A stretch of 32,000 bases of DNA from Coprobacillaceae bacterium. Lineage in GTDB: Bacteria; Bacillota_I; Bacilli_A; Erysipelotrichales; Coprobacillaceae. Numbering within the stretch: the first letter of the stretch is position 1; every line of letters begins with the position of its first letter. Both the position numbers and the translations under genes were made by a program. The notes under the pieces were generated by a model that was not told the DNA's origin, searched no databases, and was given only the letters and a program-made list of their open reading frames with translations. Positions 1 through 6,809 of this stretch are shown here, in pieces. The stretch is taken from contig OY776328.1 in the NCBI GenBank assembly GCA_963675515.1, positions 1,260,001 through 1,292,000 on the forward strand, read 5' to 3'.

Positions 1-2
1 AT

Positions 3-62
3 ATTGCTGGGATGGAAGCGTTAACTCTTATTTGTAGCTTTGCGGCTCTATTATTAGGGTAA
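3..62 (+). CDS. 3' end of an ORF entering from the left edge (...IAGMEALTLICSFAALLLG*). Possible C-terminus of a RiPP precursor or other small protein.
   Basis: Frame 3 is open from the window edge to TAA at 60-62. The tail is Gly/Ala/Leu-rich with one Cys. It lies directly upstream of a hairpin and of the RRE-radical SAM gene. Only 19 codons are visible. Confidence 0.25.
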   Translation: MAGMEALTLICSFAALLLG

Positions 63-81
63 TGAAAATCTAGCTTTTCCT

Positions 82-127
82 AAATAACGATAGAGAGTAT
101 TTAAATAGCTGCTTTCTATCGTTATTT
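82..127 (+). terminator. Hairpin between the edge ORF and the radical SAM gene. Candidate terminator or attenuator.
   Basis: The 13-nt arm AAATAACGATAGA (82-94) pairs perfectly with TCTATCGTTATTT (115-127) across a 20-nt loop. The T residues lie in the 3' arm rather than in a separate tail, so it is not a textbook terminator. Confidence 0.4.
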
Positions 128-259
128 CATGTATGCAATAGGATAGTTAAGGGAATAATCAATAGTAACACAAATTTACAGTACGATTGCGAAAATAAAT
201 ATAAAAATTGGTGAATATGATATTTATTAATATAATATATTAAAATAGAGGGAGTATAT

Positions 260-1570
260 ATGGATAATTATATTTGCTTAAGAGACAAAAGCTACCTAAA
301 AAGAAAACCTATCGGTATGTATTTTTCGGCAGTCAACAATGACGTCAGAGTCGAAGTTGGATTAAACGAGAGTGCGGAATCAATTATAAGCTGTTTAACT
401 GGGGAAATGAGAATACATGACATAGTGGTCAAATTAGCTGAAAAATTTAACGATAGTCATGAGAAAGTTGATAAAATAGTGCGTGAATTTATTGATGTAC
501 TTGATGTCAGCAATCAGCTAGAATATTTTAGTTCTCCTATTTTTAGAAAAGTTTTAGTTAAAGGTAGTGAAGAATATTATGTTCCAGAGGTAGCAGTGTT
601 AGAGTTGACACACAACTGCCCTTTAAAATGCAAACATTGTTATTTGGATGCGGGGATAGGTCCTAGTATGGATAGGTTGAAATTACTTGAGTTAATTAAT
701 ACTTTTTCTGAATACGGTGTCCAGTGTATTCAATTGACTGGTGGGGAACCCTTCTTATACCCGTTTATTGAAGAAATAATTGACTTGTTGATACTTGAAA
801 ATATTAAAATACAAATAACTACGAGTGGTTTTATTTTTAACGAAAAAGTGTCTAGAATACTTGATAAAATTTCCAATAGAGGAAGTTTGGTTCAAATTAG
901 TATTGATGGATTGGAAAATAGTCATAATAAGATACGTGGGAATGACAAGGCGTATGAAAAAGCCCTGTACTTTCTTAATGAGTGCTCCTTAAGGAAAATT
1001 ACAACCGTTGCTGCCACATGTGTTGTCAGTCAGGAATTTGAGGAAATAGAGCTTTTAACTATTAAACTTAAAAAAATGGGGGTATCATTACATAGGATAG
1101 GCCGTATATCGGATCAAGGGAGGGCTAAATCCAATAATATTTCATCGCAAATGTCGGGTGACCTTCTGAACAATTTAATAGATACTTTGAAAAACAAATA
1201 CAATGATGACAGTTATAGAATCGGAGGTTTTGAAGATATTGATTGTGAGAAAGAATACAATTGTGGAGCGGGCTATAATTTAATAAATATTTCCCCGACA
1301 TTTAAAATTTCTCCTTGTCCGATGATGAATATTTGTATAGGTAATCTTGCTGAGGAAGATTTTGAGAGTGTTATCAGGCGAAATAGTTCAGTTTTTGTGA
1401 ACTTAAGACGACCATTCGATGATATATGTAAAGGTTGTGAACGTGAATATGATTGTAAAAATTGTATTGCTGAGGCGTATACTAATAAAGATGGGGTTAA
1501 TCATTGTGGGTGGTATAATGACGAATTTAAAAGTGTAGAAAAAGAATTCAGTTCGAGTTTTAATAATTGA
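260..1570 (+). CDS. Radical SAM/SPASM peptide-modifying enzyme with an N-terminal PqqD-like RiPP recognition element (RRE)
   Basis: CPLKCKHC is a CxxxCxxC radical SAM cluster motif, and QLTGGEPF is the GGE SAM-binding motif. The C-terminal SPASM pattern is CEKEYNCGAG...ISPCP...CKGCEREYDCKNC. N-terminal residues of about 30-90 (VEVGLNESAESIISCLTGEMRIHDIVVKLAEKF...VREFIDVLDVSNQLEY) have the PqqD/RRE layout. The RBS GAGGGAG sits 5 nt before the ATG. Confidence 0.9.
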   Translation: MDNYICLRDKSYLKRKPIGMYFSAVNNDVRVEVGLNESAESIISCLTGEMRIHDIVVKLAEKFNDSHEKVDKIVREFIDVLDVSNQLEYFSSPIFRKVLVKGSEEYYVPEVAVLELTHNCPLKCKHCYLDAGIGPSMDRLKLLELINTFSEYGVQCIQLTGGEPFLYPFIEEIIDLLILENIKIQITTSGFIFNEKVSRILDKISNRGSLVQISIDGLENSHNKIRGNDKAYEKALYFLNECSLRKITTVAATCVVSQEFEEIELLTIKLKKMGVSLHRIGRISDQGRAKSNNISSQMSGDLLNNLIDTLKNKYNDDSYRIGGFEDIDCEKEYNCGAGYNLINISPTFKISPCPMMNICIGNLAEEDFESVIRRNSSVFVNLRRPFDDICKGCEREYDCKNCIAEAYTNKDGVNHCGWYNDEFKSVEKEFSSSFNN

Positions 1571-1679
1571 ATTATTTTTTCCTTTTTATGTATTTCTATC
1601 ATTTCAAGAGGCTGTTTTTGTGATCGCTATTAGATTAAATAAGTTTATTTGAAGGGATTGTACAAGTTAGGAGATTATT

Positions 1680-2396
1680 ATGATTAAATTAAATAATATA
1701 GAATTTAGTTACGGTAGGAATGTGGTATTAAGTGATTTTTCTTTGGAAATCCCAAAGAAAAATGTAGTAAGTATTTTGGGACATAATGGTGCGGGTAAGA
1801 CAACAATTGCAAAGTTGATAGCAGGATCACTATTGCCAGGGAAGGGAAGTGTGTATAATGGAATTGAACCTAAAAACATATTCTTTTTCTCGAACAAAGG
1901 AAATGTATACGCCAACATGTCTCTAGAAGAAAACATTAAATTTCTAAGAATGTTGAAAGGAATAAACAGAGATGACACAATAATCAATGAAAGAGTCGGG
2001 TACTATTTAAAAAGATTCAAGATGAATAAGCATTATGGGAAGAAAATATTAGAATTGTCTTCAGGCCTTAGGACTAGAGCAATCCTGATTTCTGGATTAA
2101 TTTTCGACCCAGATATGTTGCTGCTGGATGAGCCTACGAATACGGTTGATCCGTATACAAAGAAATTGATTGCTGAACTGTTGAATGAACTTTCTAATCA
2201 GGATAAGCTAATTATACTAATAACACATGATTTGGATTTTTGCTACGAAGTAAGTAAAGTAAATATTATCATAGATAATGGTCAACTTCTTAGAATGGAG
2301 GAAATCGATAAAGAGTGTGAAAGTATAATTGCATTCAAGGAAAAATATTTACACTATACTGAGGGGGGCTTGAATGATGAAAGCTGTAATATATAG
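1680..2396 (+). CDS. ABC transporter ATP-binding protein
   Basis: Walker A is GHNGAGKTT, the signature motif is LSSGLRTR, Walker B is LLLDEP and the H-loop is ITHD. An AGGAG RBS lies upstream. Confidence 0.9.
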   Translation: MIKLNNIEFSYGRNVVLSDFSLEIPKKNVVSILGHNGAGKTTIAKLIAGSLLPGKGSVYNGIEPKNIFFFSNKGNVYANMSLEENIKFLRMLKGINRDDTIINERVGYYLKRFKMNKHYGKKILELSSGLRTRAILISGLIFDPDMLLLDEPTNTVDPYTKKLIAELLNELSNQDKLIILITHDLDFCYEVSKVNIIIDNGQLLRMEEIDKECESIIAFKEKYLHYTEGGLNDESCNI

Positions 2397-3030
2397 AGAC
2401 TTAATGTGTTTGAAAAGCCAAATTAAAAACTTTTTTTGGTGTTTCATACTGATTTTCATGCCTCCTATGTTGATTAAATATAGGGAAGTAGCTGTTCTCA
2501 ACTATGATATTGTTTTTATTGTAATGAGTGCACTCACTCCAGCAGTGATTGGGATGCAATTCTTAAGTAGCATTTTAATCGAGGATAAGCAAAATGATAT
2601 CATGCCTATAATATTTAGAAATGATATTAGTGTTTTGAAGTATTTTACTTCCAAGACAATTGTCCCTTTTATAGTTTCGATTATGTATATGGTGTTATCC
2701 CTTGTGATTTATCAATTGTTTTTTCCTGTTATCATGTTCTCAAAATATAATATTCTTGAAATAGTTGAGCTATACGGTATCTACTTGATACTTACGTTTG
2801 TGGTTCTAATACTTGAAGAATTAATTGTTTTCATAGTGAAAAACGATGCCTATTTACCAACTGTAAGTATTTTTTCTGCATTGGCATTAATATTCGGAGT
2901 TTTCTATTTTATTAATCCTCTTCAAAATTTATTAATTTTTATTTTTGTAATGTCATTTGTGTCAATATTTATTTTATTTATAATTTCTTATATTTTAAAA
3001 AATAAATACGCAAATATAAAAATAATTTAG
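2374..3030 (+). CDS. Polytopic membrane protein, probably the ABC-2-type permease partner
   Basis: 218 aa, about 6 hydrophobic segments. Its start overlaps the stop of the ATPase gene, indicating translational coupling. Confidence 0.7.
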   Translation: MMKAVIYRDLMCLKSQIKNFFWCFILIFMPPMLIKYREVAVLNYDIVFIVMSALTPAVIGMQFLSSILIEDKQNDIMPIIFRNDISVLKYFTSKTIVPFIVSIMYMVLSLVIYQLFFPVIMFSKYNILEIVELYGIYLILTFVVLILEELIVFIVKNDAYLPTVSIFSALALIFGVFYFINPLQNLLIFIFVMSFVSIFILFIISYILKNKYANIKII

Positions 3031-3038
3031 AGGTCAAT

Positions 3039-4169
3039 ATGTTTAAAATTGATCAAGAATATCACGAATATAACATGAAATATAGCGAGATGAAGTTAGT
3101 CTTTTGGGAATCAAATGAAAAAGGTATAAAAATAATTGATGGAAACAATATGAAGAGCTTCGGATCGAATATTTCCAGTAGAAGAGAAAACAGAACTGCG
3201 ATAAACCTTTTATTACAGGAAAGATTCCAATTAGAAAAGGAACTGATAAATATTGATAAGCGATTAAGAAAAGGCGGACACACATTGCTTATATATATTA
3301 AAATACGTACAGAATTTATAGATGCAAATACAATTTCCGACAATAGAGAGTATAATTATTTAAGGGTTGTGGTTAGAGGGGATAGCAAAAATCCTATTAC
3401 TTATGAGAAGCATCTTGATAATTTTTGCTATATTAATATAATACAAAATATTAATTCTTTTCTTAAACAAGAAATATTTTATAAGAAGTTTAATATGAGT
3501 GATAAAATTAACTATAAAAATTATAAATTGACTTTTGCGCCAAAAGCTGCTGGTGTATTTGTTCACGAGGCTATAGGGCACATGATTGAAGAAGATATAT
3601 TTCAATATGTCGAGAATAATTTGAGAGAAATAAATTTTCCTAATTCATTTACACTTTGTGATGATCCAACTGGTTATGAAAAAATGGTAGGAATTAATAA
3701 GATAGATGATTTTGGAACACCTGTTAAAGCTGTAAAATTAATTGTAAATGGTAAAATAGAGAATATCATATCATTAGATAATGGGTTTGCTAGATCTGGA
3801 AAATATGATGAGTTGCCGATTCCAAGAATGAGAATGCTTTGTATTGAATCACCTTTGGAAGTAGTAGAAGATATTAATGATTTGATAATTACCAGCATAG
3901 ATTATGGGCAAGTTACCCCAGGTAATTTAAGATTCGAGTTAAATGGGAGAGGATATTTTAGATCGAAAACAGAAGGTTTTCACTATTTGGATGCCATTAG
4001 AATTAAAGGCAATATTAAGGATTCAATTGAAAGTCTAAAGATTATTGGTCGGGATAAGGAGGTTTTTGTAGCGGATTGTGTAAAAAAAGGCCAGCTTGTT
4101 AGGGTTGGTATGAAGTCTCCTTCAATGTCCATTATTTGTGAATCTGTTGAGGGGGATTTGTATGAATAA
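3039..4169 (+). CDS. TldD/PmbA-family metalloprotease (TldD-like, with a metal-binding motif)
   Basis: VHEAIGHMIEED matches the HExxxH...E/D motif of TldD. The C-terminal ...VRVGMKSPSMSI... tail is typical of the family. At 376 aa it is shorter than the canonical length of about 480 aa. Confidence 0.75.
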   Translation: MFKIDQEYHEYNMKYSEMKLVFWESNEKGIKIIDGNNMKSFGSNISSRRENRTAINLLLQERFQLEKELINIDKRLRKGGHTLLIYIKIRTEFIDANTISDNREYNYLRVVVRGDSKNPITYEKHLDNFCYINIIQNINSFLKQEIFYKKFNMSDKINYKNYKLTFAPKAAGVFVHEAIGHMIEEDIFQYVENNLREINFPNSFTLCDDPTGYEKMVGINKIDDFGTPVKAVKLIVNGKIENIISLDNGFARSGKYDELPIPRMRMLCIESPLEVVEDINDLIITSIDYGQVTPGNLRFELNGRGYFRSKTEGFHYLDAIRIKGNIKDSIESLKIIGRDKEVFVADCVKKGQLVRVGMKSPSMSIICESVEGDLYE

Positions 4170-5127
4170 CAAAGTCGGATTAATATACGATACTATTATT
4201 TATAGGATTGTCAACGGTGTCATTAGTAATGAAAAGAAAGTCTTCATGTTAAATTGTAATGATAATCCGCGATATTATTCGAATCAAGAAAGCAGAAAAT
4301 TTGAATCTTGGGCAAAACACAATATTGATTTACTTTTTAATTCATCTAATGAAGAACTAAAAAATTATAATTTCGAGATATCTTGGAGATATAAAAGAAA
4401 ATATATACTTGATAGTTCTTATGAATACGAAAAAGTTTCTAAAGTAATCAATGTGTTCAATAAAATTAATTATTCTTTTAATTCTATTATTGATTTCAAT
4501 GAAGACTATTGTATATTGTCGGACCTTGAATTTGAATCCGAAAGATCTACTAGGGTTACTGAAGTGACTGCAGATCAATTTATTAATGGAATTTTGTGGA
4601 GCAAAAACGATGTTGCAACTCTCATAAAAAAGTTCCTTCAATCAATTTATTTTGAAAATATAATAGGTAATAAATCGATTTATTCTATAGACCAAATCGA
4701 TAAAAGAATATTTAATAAATATGTTTCTATTAGTATTTTACCTACAGAACCATGGGATGATCAGGGATATCCTCAAGAATTTGCTACTTTGATTCATCAT
4801 GGAGTATTAAAAAAGTTGTTATGTTTAAATATTAATATCCCTATTGATGACCGCTTCGTCGGGGGGTATGTAGAAATTGATCACTTACGAAGAAGTAACA
4901 TTTCAATTGGCGAAATAAAATTTGACACAAGAGAAATTGAAGATGATACATATTTGAAATCATTGGGTTTTCACATTTGTTCTATTGAAGTAATTGAGGG
5001 GAATATAGTACAAATAATTTCTAGAAATAATGAAAACAAGCGAGTTCAGTTTTATGAGAGAGTTGAGAATATTATAAATTCACTGGTATATAATCGCTCA
5101 TCACATAGTTATTATTTTATTAAGTGA
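4162..5127 (+). CDS. TldE/PmbA-like partner subunit (no HExxxH motif). Assigned from position and pairing only.
   Basis: The start was moved to ATG 4162 because the RBS GAGGGGG lies at 4149-4155. This ATG overlaps the last codons of the TldD-like gene (stop at 4167-4169). The size is similar and there is no metal motif, as in TldE of TldD/TldE heterodimers. Direct sequence recognition is weak. Confidence 0.5.
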   Translation: MNNKVGLIYDTIIYRIVNGVISNEKKVFMLNCNDNPRYYSNQESRKFESWAKHNIDLLFNSSNEELKNYNFEISWRYKRKYILDSSYEYEKVSKVINVFNKINYSFNSIIDFNEDYCILSDLEFESERSTRVTEVTADQFINGILWSKNDVATLIKKFLQSIYFENIIGNKSIYSIDQIDKRIFNKYVSISILPTEPWDDQGYPQEFATLIHHGVLKKLLCLNINIPIDDRFVGGYVEIDHLRRSNISIGEIKFDTREIEDDTYLKSLGFHICSIEVIEGNIVQIISRNNENKRVQFYERVENIINSLVYNRSSHSYYFIK

Positions 5128-5227
5128 CAGATGGGTTATAAAGTTATATTTTTATATTTGATGGAGGTTCTGGTTACTGACGGTTATATTTATGTTGTGT
5201 ATATTTGTTAATATATTTTTAAGCAAG

Positions 5228-5261
5228 TCAGGTCGAAAATAAATGGGCCTGATTTTGTTTT
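5228..5261 (+). terminator. Rho-independent terminator closing the 260-5127 operon
   Basis: Stem TCAGGTC (5228-5234) pairs with GGCCTGA (5246-5252), 7 bp including one G-U pair. The loop is 11 nt and is followed by TTTTGTTTT. Confidence 0.6.
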
Positions 5262-5266
5262 AGTCT

Positions 5267-5599
5267 TTGCGAGATATGCAATGTAATGAGAGGATGGTGT
5301 GTTTATGGCGAAAATTCTTTAGTGGACATGAGGCAGCACGTCAGCTTTTGACTATGCTAAGGAAAAAGTATTGTTTTCGGGAAGGCGACAACTTTTGTGG
5401 AATTCAATACGTTGCGGATCTTCAAAAAGAACCGTATAGATCTATGCGGTTTTTCATTCATTGCTTAGGGGAAGAAAAGTCTGACCAATTGTTAGTGTTT
5501 GATATAAATACTTCCATCTTAAAGGTAAATCAATATATGAAATATCATTACGAGGATTTGATGACTATCTGGACATGGAAAATGATTTTTTATCTATAA
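5267..5599 (+). CDS. Hypothetical ORF of unknown function. The start is uncertain.
   Basis: Open frame of 110 codons lying between a terminator and the next promoter. No convincing RBS and no recognisable motif. It looks locally GC-richer than its neighbours by eye. Confidence 0.3.
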   Translation: MRDMQCNERMVCLWRKFFSGHEAARQLLTMLRKKYCFREGDNFCGIQYVADLQKEPYRSMRFFIHCLGEEKSDQLLVFDINTSILKVNQYMKYHYEDLMTIWTWKMIFYL

Positions 5600-5719
5600 T
5601 TGATTACTGAGATAAGAGATTAATGGGGAAGTGGCAATTTATAGCGTAATATATGGTTCTTTAATTCTTTGCATAAAAATTATATCGAGAAATGAATATT
5701 TCAATAATTGTCCCGTATA

Positions 5720-5748
5720 TTGACATTTTGTCCCAGGGAAAGTATAAT
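5720..5748 (+). promoter_or_regulatory. Consensus sigma-A promoter for the ATPase/protease pair
   Basis: TTGACA (5720-5725), exactly 17 nt of spacer, then TATAAT (5743-5748). The RBS AGAGGTG is at 5754-5760 and the ATG at 5767. A TTGTCCC direct repeat (5708-5714 and 5728-5734) flanks the -35 box. Confidence 0.65.
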
Positions 5749-5766
5749 TTGTTAGAGGTGTAATTT

Positions 5767-6807
5767 ATGAAAAAAAAGAATGTTTTGAACTTAATTAAAT
5801 ATTATATGGAAAGTAATGATGATGCTTTTAGAAATGAAGCTTATGAAATAGCGAAATATTTTGATGAAGCAAAAGAGTATCAACTGTCAGAGTATATAAT
5901 GGCCCTATTATCCGACACAAACACTTTTTCCCCGCAAACTTTTCAAAATGATTATAGATTTTTAAAACGTTTGGATATTAATTCTGAATCGCTACCACTA
6001 CCCGAAAAAATAAATGATAGCATTTTTGGAATAGTGAACGCGATTGGAAGAAATTTAGGAATTAATAAATTTTTGTTTGAAGGTCCGCCCGGAACGGGGA
6101 AAACCGAGTCGGCAAAACAAATAGCAAGGATTGTTGATAGAGAATTATATATAGTTAACTTTGATTTAATAGTAGATAGTAAGCTAGGTCAAACTTCAAA
6201 GAATATTTCCGCCTTATTTGATGAGATTAATAACGTTCCACAGCCTGAAAAGATTCTAGTTTTATTCGATGAACTTGATGCAATTGCCATAGATAGATTG
6301 AATCCTAATGATCTACGAGAAATGGGTAGAGCGACATCTTCCGTCTTAAAAGGTCTGGATAATATGAATAATAATGTTGTATTGATTGCGACTACAAATT
6401 TGTATGGTTCCTTTGATAAAGCGCTAATCAGAAGATTTGATGCGGTGATTGATTTTGGTGTTTATACTAGGGAAGATCTATTAGAAATAGCGGAAATAAT
6501 ACTAAATGATATGTTAATCAAATTCAAATCCACAGGAAGAAATATTAGATTGTTCAGAAAAATCATTGACAATATGGAAAACGTACCCTATCCAGGTGAT
6601 TTGAAAAATATGATCAAGACGTCTTTAGCTTTTAGTGATCCTACAAATGAATACGATTATTTGAACCGTTTGTATACACTTGTATATAAAAATAAGCCTG
6701 AGTCAGACTTGATTCTTTTAAAAAAACAGGGGTTTACGGTTCGTGAAATAGAGATACTTACCGGGATTTCTAAAAGTCAAGTTTCGAGAGAGGTGAGGGG
6801 GATATAG
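5767..6807 (+). CDS. ietA: Classical AAA+ ATPase (IetA-like) with a C-terminal helix-turn-helix-like tail
   Basis: Walker A is FEGPPGTGKTE and Walker B is LVLFDELDA. The sensor and second region of homology are TTN...ALIRRFD. The last roughly 30 aa (GFTVREIEILTGISKSQVSREV) look like an HTH. The gene is paired with an S8 protease gene 2 nt downstream. Confidence 0.75.
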   Translation: MKKKNVLNLIKYYMESNDDAFRNEAYEIAKYFDEAKEYQLSEYIMALLSDTNTFSPQTFQNDYRFLKRLDINSESLPLPEKINDSIFGIVNAIGRNLGINKFLFEGPPGTGKTESAKQIARIVDRELYIVNFDLIVDSKLGQTSKNISALFDEINNVPQPEKILVLFDELDAIAIDRLNPNDLREMGRATSSVLKGLDNMNNNVVLIATTNLYGSFDKALIRRFDAVIDFGVYTREDLLEIAEIILNDMLIKFKSTGRNIRLFRKIIDNMENVPYPGDLKNMIKTSLAFSDPTNEYDYLNRLYTLVYKNKPESDLILLKKQGFTVREIEILTGISKSQVSREVRGI

Positions 6808-6809
6808 AA

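Noticed and set aside
1588-1623. 11-codon ORF (MYFYHFKRLFL) in the gap between the radical SAM and ABC ATPase genes, considered as a precursor
   Set aside because: It is too short, has no RBS (it is preceded by a T/C run) and has no Cys, Ser or Thr acceptor or donor residues.
1709-4641. Antisense ORFs from the track (1709-1987, 3043-3285, 3062-3343, 3360-3605, 3674-3898, 4357-4641, all minus strand)
   Set aside because: All lie entirely inside well-supported plus-strand genes. They have low-complexity Ile/Phe/Leu/Ser-rich products typical of the reverse strand of AT-rich coding DNA, and they have no RBS.
5131-5211. 26-codon ORF (MGYKVIFLYLMEVLVTDGYIYVVYIC) between the TldE-like stop and the operon terminator, considered as the missing RiPP precursor
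   Set aside because: There is no Shine-Dalgarno sequence before either ATG. The peptide is uniformly hydrophobic with no leader/core organisation and has a single terminal Cys. Open frames of this length are expected by chance in AT-rich DNA. It is worth re-checking only if no precursor is found upstream.
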